Positions 31,296 through 40,448 of a stretch of DNA of 64,000 nucleotides are shown here, in pieces (within the stretch, counting starts at the first letter, position 1; the number at the start of each line of letters is the position of its first letter). A program made the translations under genes and the position numbers. A model generated the notes under the pieces. It did no database searches. It saw only the letters and a program-made list of their open reading frames with translations, and was not told the origin of the DNA. The stretch comes from a virus (taxonomy: Duplodnaviria; Caudoviricetes): IMG/VR virus record IMGVR_UViG_2795385551_000010, positions 38,919 through 102,918 of that record. One strand, 5' to 3'.

Positions 31296-31366
31296 AGCCG
31301 TCCCCCGGAGTCGAACCGGACTAACCGGCTTTGCAGGCCAGCACCTAACCAATCGGACACGACGGC
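31296..31366 (-). tRNA. tRNA-Cys(GCA)
   Basis: Loop CTGCAAA; U discriminator. Confidence 0.9.
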
Positions 31367-31371
31367 CTAAG

Positions 31372-31454
31372 CGGCGAGCAGAGTAATCGAAACCCACCGG
31401 AAACCGGCCACGCCGCTAGCAACGGGCACCGAGCACCAGCCCGGATTACTCGCC
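31372..31454 (-). tRNA. tRNA-Ser(GCT), atypical 8/4 fold
   Basis: 8-bp acceptor GGCGAGTA/TGCTCGCC, 6-bp D stem with 4-nt loop, loop TTGCTAG, long variable arm, 4-bp T stem. Confidence 0.75.
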
Positions 31455-31458
31455 AGAG

Positions 31459-31543
31459 CGGAGGGTAGAGGTGCCGACCCCCCAGGCGTAAACCTGCATA
31501 CCTGCTTTCAAGGCAAGCTGCGCCAGCCGGGCGCGTACCCTCC
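31459..31543 (-). tRNA. tRNA-Ser(TGA), atypical 8/4 fold
   Basis: 8-bp acceptor GGAGGGTA/TACCCTCC, loop CTTGAAA, long variable arm, degenerate T loop GTCGGCA. Confidence 0.75.
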
Positions 31544-31565
31544 CAAATGAATATTGTGTGCTAAG

Positions 31566-31640
31566 TGGAGTCATTCGGCCTCGAACCGAATTCTGACAGT
31601 TTGCAAGACTGCCGTTTTAACCAGATTAAACTACAACCCC
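31566..31640 (-). tRNA. tRNA-Ala(TGC)
   Basis: Loop CTTGCAA; G3:U70 pair. Confidence 0.9.
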
Positions 31641-31657
31641 TAAAGAACAATTCTAAG

Positions 31658-31730
31658 TACGCCGTGTAGGGCTCGAACCTACGACCTACTGATTAAAAGT
31701 CAGCAGCTCTACCAACTGAGCTAACGGCGC
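31658..31730 (-). tRNA. tRNA-Lys(TTT)
   Basis: Loop CTTTTAA. Confidence 0.92.
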
Positions 31731-31755
31731 TTTACGCCGACAGCCTATCACACGG

Positions 31756-31832
31756 TACGCCGTGAGGGATTTGAACCCCCGCCCTACGCATTAAGAGTGC
31801 GCAGCTCTAAAACCAGACTGAGCTAACGGCGC
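31756..31832 (-). tRNA. tRNA-Lys(CTT)
   Basis: Loop CTCTTAA. Confidence 0.92.
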
Positions 31833-31845
31833 GTAACGAAAAGAG

Positions 31846-31918
31846 TGCGGTAGGCGAGATTTGAACTCGCGTAATCTGCTTGGAAGGCAGAGGTACTAGG
31901 CCGCTATACGACTACCAC
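31846..31918 (-). tRNA. tRNA-Gly(TCC)
   Basis: Loop CTTCCAA. Confidence 0.9.
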
Positions 31919-31921
31919 ATT

Positions 31922-32293
31922 TCAACTATCCAACATATTCAAGCGCCGACTCACCGCATGTGCCGCCGAGGCATGGCAATACTCAAGACTGCGCGCTATA
32001 TCCGAAAACAAATCGGAAACGATACGCACAACTTCAGGAGTAAGTTCATTATCTGCGGCCTGAACTAGATGCCGAAGGGCCGAATCCGTACCGATCCTCC
32101 CGAATTCACACTCATCGGTTAACTCTGAGAACCTGGTCAGTATGCTTATGTACTCCTCGCGCGCCTTTTCAGCCGAGAGGCTTACTCTCATCTCTTCATA
32201 GCGTTGCAACCGCTTCTCAAGAGAATGCAATTTCTCGGCGTTCTCACGCAGATATTCAGGGTGCCAGATCATAGGAATCGTCATGAGACTCAT
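31922..32293 (-). CDS. Hypothetical protein inserted in tRNA array (start uncertain)
   Basis: Lower-GC ORF between tRNA-Glu and tRNA-Gly; the track start overlaps tRNA-Glu, so a downstream ATG is likely. Confidence 0.55.
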   Translation of the reverse strand: MSLMTIPMIWHPEYLRENAEKLHSLEKRLQRYEEMRVSLSAEKAREEYISILTRFSELTDECEFGRIGTDSALRHLVQAADNELTPEVVRIVSDLFSDIARSLEYCHASAAHAVSRRLNMLDS

Positions 32294-32305
32294 GATACTG
32301 CTTTG

Positions 32306-32378
32306 CATCACGGACGGGGGTTGAACCCGCAATCTCTAGGTTGAGAGCCTAGCGAGATACCAATTACTCCACCGCGAC
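32306..32378 (-). tRNA. tRNA-Glu(CTC)
   Basis: CTAGG-CTCTCAA-CCTAG. Confidence 0.9.
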
Positions 32379-32388
32379 ATTTCTAACG

Positions 32389-32463
32389 CTGCCCGAGCTG
32401 GAATCGAACCAACAACCTCCCGGTTCAGAGCCGGACGCAACTACCTAATTGTGCTACCGGGCA
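32389..32463 (-). tRNA. tRNA-Gln(CTG)
   Basis: Loop CTCTGAA; U1-A72. Confidence 0.9.
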
Positions 32464-32464
32464 T

Positions 32465-32540
32465 TGGTGGCAACAGCACGGGATTGAACCGTGATCACTC
32501 GGACCACAACCGAGGGCTCTAGCCATTGAGCTACTGTGCG
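32465..32540 (-). tRNA. tRNA-His(GTG), irregular acceptor stem
   Basis: CTCGG-TTGTGGT-CCGAG; CCA encoded. Confidence 0.75.
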
Positions 32541-32614
32541 TAGACCCCGCGCGATTCGAACGCGCACTAACAGGAACCTAAATCCTGTGCCTCTTCCAAT
32601 TGGGCTAGAGGTCC
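32541..32614 (-). tRNA. tRNA-Leu(TAG), short variable arm
   Basis: CAGGA-TTTAGGT-TCCTG. Confidence 0.85.
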
Positions 32615-32705
32615 ATAAGGGCTATACAGGGACAGCGCCCACCTGCTAACTACGTGCGAACCCGCAACCAACACCAACCCCCGTCGGTTCGCCCGCTCCC
32701 CTAAG

Positions 32706-32779
32706 CAACCCGGACAGGACTTGAACCTGCAACCATCCGCTTTGGAGACGGACGCTCTAGCCAATTGAGCTACCGAGCT
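32706..32779 (-). tRNA. tRNA-Trp(CCA)
   Basis: Loop CTCCAAA. Confidence 0.9.
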
Positions 32780-32784
32780 ATAAG

Positions 32785-32857
32785 CCGACATAACAGGAGT
32801 CGAACCTGTGCGCTCCGGGACTTCAATCCGGTGCTCTACCAACTGAGCTACATGCCG
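32785..32857 (-). tRNA. tRNA-Phe(GAA)
   Basis: Loop TTGAAGT. Confidence 0.85.
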
Positions 32858-32911
32858 TAAACCCGCCGAAGTAAGGAAGCCTCACAGCTCTAGCCTTAGC
32901 GGGCATCGTTG

Positions 32912-32995
32912 TACGCAGGGACGGAATTGAACCGCCGTAGCCGAAGCGCCAGATTTACAGTCTGGAGGGCCTTACCCAACAAGCCCAACCTACGC
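32912..32995 (-). tRNA. tRNA-Tyr(GTA)
   Basis: CCAGA-CTGTAAA-TCTGG; long variable arm. Confidence 0.9.
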
Positions 32996-33073
32996 AGATG
33001 CGATTTAGCCGTATGCATCCGACTGGGAGCCGCCACCCAGTTGACATTATGCCCCGGCCAACTAACGAAGTTG

Positions 33074-33147
33074 TCTGGCTACAGGGATTTGAACCCCGAA
33101 CCCCTGGCACCCAAAGCCAGCGCTCTACCAAATTGAGCTATAACCAG
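33074..33147 (-). tRNA. tRNA-Pro(TGG)
   Basis: CTGGC-TTTGGGT-GCCAG. Confidence 0.9.
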
Positions 33148-33352
33148 AAAGGCGGTAGGGGAACCGTGTCCAGTCCCCGAGTCATGTTCCGTGAGGTGTG
33201 ACAGTGACCTGTTATAGCCTCACGGTTAGACAGCGCGCTACGGAGCTACCCGATTCCATCCACCCCCGCCAAGAGGCTTCACGCCACATTGCAGCCCTGC
33301 CACGAGCCGCACACTCTGTCACTACCAACAGACACCCGTCGGTGTCCATCTG

Positions 33353-33426
33353 TCGCATCGGCAGGGATCGAACCTGCGACTTCCGACATATCAGGTCGGC
33401 ACGCTAACCAACTGCGTCACAATGCG
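33353..33426 (-). tRNA. tRNA-Ile(GAT)
   Basis: CCGAC-CTGATAT-GTCGG. Confidence 0.9.
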
Positions 33427-33485
33427 ATTCAAACCCCCCAACGGCGAAACCGCTTAAACGGGTGACCAATGTTGGGGGGAGTACG

Positions 33486-33561
33486 TTGCGCAGGCGGGAT
33501 TTGAACCCGCGACCTCACAGCTTATGAGACTGGCGAGCTGGCCTAACTGCTCTACCGCGCA
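33486..33561 (-). tRNA. tRNA-Met(CAT), initiator-like body
   Basis: Loop CTCATAA; A11-U24 as in fMet, but lacks the three G-C anticodon-stem pairs. Confidence 0.85.
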
Positions 33562-33574
33562 ATATAAAATAGCT

Positions 33575-34213
33575 CTAAGAAAAGAACTCCGTGAAATCAA
33601 TCCGACGCCTGCCACGGAAGGCCGTCCACAATGCACGGCGTAGAACCGCATTGCTGAATGTATCTTTCGGTCTCGTCAACCACGAAAAGGTCACTAGTAT
33701 CACGGCTAGAAAAAAATCAACCATAGCCGCGTAGAAGAAGTAATCCATACCGTTAAACTTTTTTGGATACGCAATCTGCACTTGGGGAATTATAGCCAAC
33801 GAAATCAATGCAAATCCGAAGACGCATAATGCCACACCCATAAACTTTGGAAGCTCGCCTCGCACCCGCCCGCACCAAAACCCTATATAAAGCAAGGCAA
33901 AGGCCGCTATAGACATCAACACCGTCGAGTAGTAAATATGCAAAGCAGAAGATACAACTTGTATAGCGGGCAGATGCTTAAGTTCGTCCACCTCAGACGG
34001 CGTGGGTGGTCGCGCAGACTGATACGTCCACAAAACGGTGCCAGTAGCCATCGCCAAGGCGAGCAGTGAAGCACACTCAATCAGCTTGCTTATCACGGTC
34101 GGAACTTTACGGTCGGACAACCCAACCACCTTAGATAGCAGCGTCATCGAGCCTTGGCCGATACTAAGCATGGCCAAGAGGGATGACATCAGAGTCCAGA
34201 TCGGATCGTCCAT
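33575..34213 (-). CDS. Multi-pass membrane protein inserted in tRNA array
   Basis: About 5 hydrophobic segments; visibly lower GC. Confidence 0.7.
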   Translation of the reverse strand: MDDPIWTLMSSLLAMLSIGQGSMTLLSKVVGLSDRKVPTVISKLIECASLLALAMATGTVLWTYQSARPPTPSEVDELKHLPAIQVVSSALHIYYSTVLMSIAAFALLYIGFWCGRVRGELPKFMGVALCVFGFALISLAIIPQVQIAYPKKFNGMDYFFYAAMVDFFLAVILVTFSWLTRPKDTFSNAVLRRALWTAFRGRRRIDFTEFFS

Positions 34214-34235
34214 ACAGCAACGATACGGCCATACG

Positions 34236-34309
34236 AGCTGCCTAGCGGACTCGAACCGCTAACATCCGCATTACGAAAGCGGCGCTCTACCAATTGGAGC
34301 TAAGGCAGC
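34236..34309 (-). tRNA. tRNA-Thr(CGT)
   Basis: Loop TTCGTAA. Confidence 0.9.
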
Positions 34310-34310
34310 A

Positions 34311-34535
34311 TTAACAAGCTTGTCCGACGTAGACACATTCTTTGCGGCACTCCACCAGACTTATACAGTGGTCAAACGGGTAATACGCTTCCCGCGCATC
34401 TGCCTCTGACTCAATCTCACGCCGCCATTCACGTTTCTCAACAGCGCGGCCCTTAACCAGTTCCATAGGCTCACACCACGGATGACATGGACCGCGACGG
34501 CGGAAATTCTCACCCATCATACGAGCCACAAACAA
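34311..34535 (-). CDS. Small hypothetical protein
   Basis: GGGGGAG RBS; similar to 23289-23564. Confidence 0.55.
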   Translation of the reverse strand: MFVARMMGENFRRRGPCHPWCEPMELVKGRAVEKREWRREIESEADAREAYYPFDHCISLVECRKECVYVGQAC

Positions 34536-34547
34536 CTCCCCCTAAAG

Positions 34548-34631
34548 TCCCCAAGGCGAGACTCGAACTCGCACGGCCTCACGGCCACCGGATTTTGAGT
34601 CCAGCGCGTCTACCAATTCCGCCACTCGGGG
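34548..34631 (-). tRNA. tRNA-Leu(CAA)
   Basis: Loop CTCAAAA; long variable arm. Confidence 0.92.
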
Positions 34632-34856
34632 AGAACGGACTAAAGCAAGCCCGCCTTAAACAAAAGATCCTTAGCCACTTTACAGATGGTCTTAACGCCA
34701 TCAATCACTTGGCCAGCCAAGACATCGCGCTCATCATCAGACAAAGAACCAAAAACATCTTCGCCAAGATGCTCCCACAACTGCTCATGAGAAGTAGACC
34801 AATCAATATCAGGATCAAGCTGATCCTGAACCCAATTCTTGATAAGCCCCGAAACA

Positions 34857-35150
34857 TCAATCTCTGACACCAAAATCCTCGTCTGTAACCTCGTCAACCA
34901 GCCGGTAATACTCACGCACAGCCATCGTCCGACTATCCGGGCTAGTCGCTAGCGATTTAATCCACGCCAGAATGTTGTCAAACCTCGCCTGGTACTCGGC
35001 AGGCACCTCGCCCGCAAGTACCGCACACCTGCCACGATGAAAATCCCAGCGGTCCCCGCCAGAATCAACGTAAGCATTGTCAGCAGTAACGGAATTAAAG
35101 CAGATGCAACACAAACCAGCACCAGGCCGAACAACAGGACCGCTAGACAT
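34857..35150 (-). CDS. Hypothetical Cys-containing protein
   Basis: RBS and ORF in operon. Confidence 0.5.
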   Translation of the reverse strand: MSSGPVVRPGAGLCCICFNSVTADNAYVDSGGDRWDFHRGRCAVLAGEVPAEYQARFDNILAWIKSLATSPDSRTMAVREYYRLVDEVTDEDFGVRD

Positions 35151-35417
35151 TTAGTCATCCTCTTACCGGGTAATCCCTATATGTGGCCGCGTATCAGCCG
35201 GAGGACGCCAAGACGGCAACCCCCACATGACGGTATAGCCACTATCGAATCTGAAATCCTCACAGTCATCACACGGACAACTAGGCGTATACGACCAATT
35301 AGGCGCATTCACCGTGAAACAGCTCCCCTGCGCGCTCACGCACAACATCACCTAGACGGATCATGTCATCACAAACATCACACCGGCATTCGACATCAGA
35401 TAAATACTCATCGAGCA

Positions 35418-35657
35418 CTAAACGTCATCCTCGTCATCGCCATCAGTCATAGACGCAATAACCGACATCACCTTAGGTGCCAACCCAAACGACTGCGCCC
35501 ACTCGACCAGATCAGCCCTATCGTGATCCTCAAGCTCAGCGCCACCGGCCCCCTGCGACAAATCAACCATATGCAAAGCGCCCTCATCATCAATAAACTT
35601 GATAATGCGCAGCTCCGCAACCATGATATTGCGCCCGTCGTCGTCGTAATCAGTCAT
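35418..35657 (-). CDS. Acidic hypothetical protein
   Basis: ORF following the HNH gene. Confidence 0.55.
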   Translation of the reverse strand: MTDYDDDGRNIMVAELRIIKFIDDEGALHMVDLSQGAGGAELEDHDRADLVEWAQSFGLAPKVMSVIASMTDGDDEDDV

Positions 35658-35661
35658 TAAG

Positions 35662-36081
35662 TTATGAAAACCAATCCCGAGAGGTTTTCCCCCTCGCTTT
35701 AGTCGTAAGCGTGCGATTACCGCGCCGCCTATTGCAATCCAAGTGCGCCGGTTTACCGTTAGAATCCGCAGTCAACAAAGGCGAATCAGGCGGCAACGAA
35801 TCCACCGGAATCACATGATCAAGCGAGCCCGACCACGGATTAGCCTTACGGCCATGCCCCTGACAAGTAGGGCCACACGTCAACGGAATTTCGTGCGCGT
35901 TCTCCCACGTAAACCCGTCAGTGGACACGTAGTTGCAAATCGGCTTAAGGTTCGGATCTATCGGACATTTACAGATATGGCAGATGCCCGACTTACTGAG
36001 CACACGCTTACGCATGCGCAGGTAGTCGCGTTCAGTCCGGCCAGCGTTCTTGGTGCTCTTCTTCCGCAGATTCCCCGGCAT
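35662..36081 (-). CDS. HNH endonuclease (cos-packaging type)
   Basis: CHIC...SLDHVIP...AHLDCNRRRG. Confidence 0.85.
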   Translation of the reverse strand: MPGNLRKKSTKNAGRTERDYLRMRKRVLSKSGICHICKCPIDPNLKPICNYVSTDGFTWENAHEIPLTCGPTCQGHGRKANPWSGSLDHVIPVDSLPPDSPLLTADSNGKPAHLDCNRRRGNRTLTTKARGKTSRDWFS

Positions 36082-36492
36082 CCCCCACCTCGCAATCATG
36101 GCGACCCATGTACCAGTCGCCGCAGAAATCGCAGACAGGGTTGCCGCCAGGCGTAATCCGCCCTGCCTTCTGCTCCCTGTAGCGGTTCCGGTGCGGTACA
36201 GCCGCGTTAGAGCGCCGTAAGTCCAGCCGGGCACGCATGCCGTCAGTAGTCATCGCAGCCACACACACAGGCGCAATCGCAGCCACAGTCGCAGTTGCAC
36301 GGATAGCCGCAGTCCCAAGGAATCTCGTCGGCGTGCTCGTACAGCTCGGCCTCAATCACCGAGACCACCGATCCAACACCCGCTCAACCCCAAGGTCCGA
36401 CACGTTCTTAGCAAGACCCTTATCCGCATTCACGGCCAGCGCCGCCAACACCGTCTGCCGAACCACGTTCGGACGAAAAACCGGCTTAACCA

Positions 36493-36744
36493 TCAATGCC
36501 CCGCCTTATCTAACTTCGCATGCTCCGCAGGCCAAATACCCAACGCCATATGATGCAAATTCGCGCAATAACCCTTAGCCATCTCAGGGTTCTTCAAATA
36601 CGGCTCAAGGTTCATCAAGCACCTATTGAAATCGCCGGGTGTCCCCCAGCCGATCTTTATAGCGCCAGCACCCCTGGTCCAATACAATTTCAGCTTCTCG
36701 GTATCGTGTACGTCTTCCTGCGTGGCTTCCTTGCCCGCGACCAT
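36493..36744 (-). CDS. Conserved actinophage protein
   Basis: KIGWGTPGDFNRC...GYCANLHHMALGIWP. Confidence 0.65.
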   Translation of the reverse strand: MVAGKEATQEDVHDTEKLKLYWTRGAGAIKIGWGTPGDFNRCLMNLEPYLKNPEMAKGYCANLHHMALGIWPAEHAKLDKAGH

Positions 36745-37382
36745 TACGACACAGCCGCCCTAACGACGACACAAACCGCTAGCGCGATAACAACCGATAG
36801 AAACACCGTCACTTGATTGCCTCCAAAAGCTTGCACGCCGCGAAATCATGCGCAGACTTACCAGCCTCACCCGCACGCTTTACAAGGCGCATCATCTTGT
36901 CCTCCGGCAGCTCCACAAGAATCTGCCTCACAGGAATAGGCTTAGCCTTAGTCGCCATATAGCCACCTCCACCAATCAGGATTGGCATCCCGATAAGCAT
37001 TCCTGCCATCCCATACCGACTTAGGAGGCGGAAAGTACGGCTGACAATCAGTAACAACCACGTCCGGTTCCCAGTAGGTCAAGTACGCGATGGCTTGCTC
37101 AGCCGTGATCGGCTTACGGCCGTACACCCGATGCGGCCCACCCACTGCAAGAGTGACCGTCCATTGCATAGCCCGAGCGGTGTCACTCATCGTCGTAATC
37201 TTCCCAAGCCAACAACGCCCTATCCGCCGGATCATCAGACGTAGCCAGCACCTCGCGAACCGCGTTATAAGCCTCGAAAGCCGCCACGTGTGGACGAACA
37301 CCCGCATCAAGCAGACATCGCGTCACGGGCTCAACCAGGGCCACTAAACGCACCGCAATCTCAGGGATAGGTGGACCGGCCA

Positions 37383-37733
37383 TTAAGCCACATTCCGATC
37401 CACCCAATGCCAACGAATCCGGCCCGCACCATGACGATTCATTTCGTCAATCGTTTCCTGCGACACAGTGCCTACCGTCGCAGCGTCAACGATCACACGC
37501 TGAATGAATTGCCCCTGAACACCCCGAGTATTTGAAGGCTCGGCATAAACCCACTGAGCAGGATTCAACCCCAAGTCTTCCATCAGCTCTTTAGCCGCCC
37601 GAAAACTCCCCGCCAAGATAGCCCCAGTCGTAACGCCTATCTGATCCCGCCAAGTGCCTTTAGGCGACAGCATCCACGGTGCCTTAAACTGCGGCGGATC
37701 GTACTGCTGGTACGGGGGGTAAGGGATTGTCAC
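37383..37733 (-). CDS. Hypothetical protein
   Basis: Coupled to the exonuclease gene (GTGA overlap). Confidence 0.55.
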   Translation of the reverse strand: MTIPYPPYQQYDPPQFKAPWMLSPKGTWRDQIGVTTGAILAGSFRAAKELMEDLGLNPAQWVYAEPSNTRGVQGQFIQRVIVDAATVGTVSQETIDEMNRHGAGRIRWHWVDRNVA

Positions 37734-38515
37734 ACCGGCCTCAACTCGCTAGTAGCTTTCGCACGCTTACCCCGAGAGGTAGCGCGACACTTACTGTTCT
37801 TGCACCGATACATCTGATAAAGAAACCCGGTCGTCGCATAAAACTTCACGCCATCACGCTTCAACTCAGTACCGTTGCACTTAGTGCAATGCAACAAACC
37901 ATCCTCATTGTCCTCATACAACGACAAATTCAGACGTGACCACGGCAACCAGCGCTCCATCAAACGTCCGGTCAAAACCGTGTCATGAATGCAATATTCA
38001 CGCATGATCTTCTGCGCGGCACGGCGCTCAGCGCGCGTCCCATAACGAATGTCATGCCACAAATCAGTGCCACCATGCGGCACCTTACGGTCACCCAGAA
38101 AAATACGTGACGACCAATCCAACTTAAGCGAAAGCAAGCCCTGCTTGAACTTCTGCTTAGTCAGCTTGACCAGATCAAAACTCTTGAACGGGACAGGTGG
38201 CCCCAGCTCCAAACGCTCAAATTCGGCGTTAAACCACTGTAGGTCGAACCTATCCCCGTTGTAGGTGACGACGATATCGGCCTCATTCAGCAGCTCCCAC
38301 GCCGCCCGAATCATCCGATCATAAGCCGCGTCGTCATCGTCATCCCACGCCGCATGAAATATCACCCGGTCACTACCGCGCCACTGCGCAGCGAAACACA
38401 GAATCCGTGACGGCTTAATCACTCGATCGATATGGATAAACGGCTTAAACAGGCTGAATGTCTCGACAATGGCGCGTTGCGTCTCAATGTCGACCGTCAG
38501 GATATTAGCGGACAT
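37730..38515 (-). CDS. DnaQ/RNase H-like 3'-5' exonuclease
   Basis: DIET, YNGDRFD, YCIHD motifs; C-terminal Zn ribbon. Confidence 0.85.
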   Translation of the reverse strand: MSANILTVDIETQRAIVETFSLFKPFIHIDRVIKPSRILCFAAQWRGSDRVIFHAAWDDDDDAAYDRMIRAAWELLNEADIVVTYNGDRFDLQWFNAEFERLELGPPVPFKSFDLVKLTKQKFKQGLLSLKLDWSSRIFLGDRKVPHGGTDLWHDIRYGTRAERRAAQKIMREYCIHDTVLTGRLMERWLPWSRLNLSLYEDNEDGLLHCTKCNGTELKRDGVKFYATTGFLYQMYRCKNSKCRATSRGKRAKATSELRPV

Positions 38516-38822
38516 ACTGCGCCGCCTCTTGTGCAATACGCTGTTCAACAGCATGCGGATCAAAGGTCCGAATATTTATTGTGGTATCCAGAGTCTTAGA
38601 CGCATATCCGCGTTCAATGCGGACGCGCTTAATCTCTCGTTCGATATACCACTTGGCCTTTTTCAGATCCTCAAGCTCGTCCGCAATAGCCTTCTTACCC
38701 GCTCGCGCCAAATACTTAACGGCAGCGCCACGGTTATAAGTAAGATTCTCCACAATGTCGATAACCTCGGCACCATTAGAGAACCCATCCTTATAGTGAG
38801 ACGGATTGATCGCGTCTGACAT
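38505..38822 (-). CDS. DUF3310 protein
   Basis: DAINPSHY...AVKYLARAGKK...EDLKKAKWY. Confidence 0.85.
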   Translation of the reverse strand: MSDAINPSHYKDGFSNGAEVIDIVENLTYNRGAAVKYLARAGKKAIADELEDLKKAKWYIEREIKRVRIERGYASKTLDTTINIRTFDPHAVEQRIAQEAAQYVR

Positions 38823-39060
38823 TCAAAAGTCCCCCCACCCTGCGCAGCACATCGCACACCCGAGAAACCGGGTCGACAGAGCGCGGCAGAGCGTTAATCA
38901 GGTGCAGTGCCAGGACAACAGGCACCACACGCGCCGTCACGGGGCGACTCACCAGGTAGCGGTCCCATCCCTCTGACAGCAATTCGTTTACGGGAGCGGC
39001 AATTTCGTAGGCCACTATGAGGGCCAACATCACCGACCAGGCGTAGTCCGCTGGCTTCAT
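38791..39060 (-). CDS. Small membrane protein
   Basis: AWSVMLALIVAYE...ELLSEGWDRY. Confidence 0.6.
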   Translation of the reverse strand: MKPADYAWSVMLALIVAYEIAAPVNELLSEGWDRYLVSRPVTARVVPVVLALHLINALPRSVDPVSRVCDVLRRVGGLLNVRRDQSVSL

Positions 39061-39160
39061 CTCCCACCCCCTCAAGAAACGTGGGCTACCCGGCCGTCCC
39101 CACACGTAACCGGGTGCCCACGCGGTGCAGCCAGAACCGGCAAGCGGGCGCACCAACTCT

Positions 39161-39565
39161 CTACAGAACCTCCGGCAGCTCAACCACCGGGTCTAGTCCC
39201 GCACGACAAGCCTTACAAATACGATTCTTAGAACCCCACACCTCGGTATTCTCCGGCGTGTACTCATGACCACTGCGGCACCGATCAAACTCCGCTGGTT
39301 GCGAATCCAAATCCAGATACCAGCACAGATTCTCGGCCCGATTATCGGTCACGTCGCCGTTAAGCCACTTAGGCATAGCGCCTACTGGACGGGGGCCAAC
39401 AAACATGGTCAACATCAACAGATGCACGAAATGTGGCTTGCCGTTGATCTTCACACGCTTACGGCCACGCTCGTCAGTCCATTGGGAAAGTGTCTTACGC
39501 CGACTCTTTACTTCTGCTTGGTCGCTGATCCAATAACCAGTCTCACCACTAATCTCGGCCCACAA
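39161..39565 (-). CDS. NUMOD4/HNH-like endonuclease, degenerate
   Basis: VHLLMLTMFVGPRP...NGDVTDNRAENL; CRSGHEYTPENT. Confidence 0.75.
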   Translation of the reverse strand: MWAEISGETGYWISDQAEVKSRRKTLSQWTDERGRKRVKINGKPHFVHLLMLTMFVGPRPVGAMPKWLNGDVTDNRAENLCWYLDLDSQPAEFDRCRSGHEYTPENTEVWGSKNRICKACRAGLDPVVELPEVL

Positions 39566-39617
39566 TTAGATACACTTCTCCCAACGTTTTTATTGTAGCA
39601 ACAAAGAAAGTTCCCTT

Positions 39618-39950
39618 TTAGCGTCGCGCCATAGCGGCCAAAACGTCGCCTACCCGGAACAACTTTCTAGAGCCCTGTTTGCGGCCCTTATACAAGCCTT
39701 TGCGCTCCCAGTTGAATACGTCCCACACTGTTACCGGATGCTTGGCGGATATGTCCTTAGCGGACAGCCATGCGTTGACGTCGACTATCTCGTCATTGCA
39801 GACCCAGCCCTGACCCCATTCGAGCATCACCGCGTCTACGTCATCACATATTCCGGGGCTTACTCGCATTAGGTTTATGCGGTATCGGTCGATGATGCGC
39901 CGTAGCCGGTCGGGTGTTGAATCCTCCGGCCACGGCCATGCACCTTCCAC
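39618..39950 (-). CDS. HTH DNA-binding protein
   Basis: C-terminal MerR/excisionase-like pattern (FRVGDVL). Confidence 0.6.
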   Translation of the reverse strand: MEGAWPWPEDSTPDRLRRIIDRYRINLMRVSPGICDDVDAVMLEWGQGWVCNDEIVDVNAWLSAKDISAKHPVTVWDVFNWERKGLYKGRKQGSRKLFRVGDVLAAMARR

Positions 39951-40303
39951 TACGCCTTAAAGACCGGCCACGTCGCAATCTCTGCCTCATCGGCAGTTGA
40001 CGCAGGCTTGTAGGCGGGCTTAACCGGATCAGTCTCGATCAGGACATGCTTGCCCCGCGAGTAGGCGAACGCGAACTTACTGCCGTGCTTGCGAACAACG
40101 CCCACAACATCGCCCCGCCGATGCTCCGTGACCGCCCGCTCAATCGACAGCACGACATCGCGCTTATTCACGGCAGGGCTGAGAAAAGACGGCAACTTGC
40201 CGATTACCAAGCTCCGCTCTGCCTCCGTGAACTTGAATTCGGGCACCGCCTCCCCGATCAGCCTCTCAACAGCCGCCGTGGTTGCACTCGTACCAAGCGC
40301 CAC
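39950..40303 (-). CDS. Hypothetical protein
   Basis: ORF with RBS. Confidence 0.55.
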   Translation of the reverse strand: MALGTSATTAAVERLIGEAVPEFKFTEAERSLVIGKLPSFLSPAVNKRDVVLSIERAVTEHRRGDVVGVVRKHGSKFAFAYSRGKHVLIETDPVKPAYKPASTADEAEIATWPVFKA

Positions 40304-40448
40304 TAATTTCCCTTCTTAACATCGTTCCGCTTAGGCAACACCAGCAGCGGATCTGGAATACGCGACTCACGACGCAGCGCCGCAATCGCTTCCACCAACT
40401 CAATGAATGACCCGATCAAAGTGATACCGAGTCCTATCCTTTTCAGCA

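Noticed and set aside
31459-31543. Selenocysteine or opal-suppressor tRNA
   Set aside because: The anticodon reads TGA (decodes UCA, Ser), not TCA
32615-33350. HDV-like (theta) ribozymes after tRNA 3' ends
   Set aside because: Could not build the nested double pseudoknot by eye; needs a motif search
32567-33651. Short ORFs across the tRNA array
   Set aside because: They overlap well-formed tRNA genes
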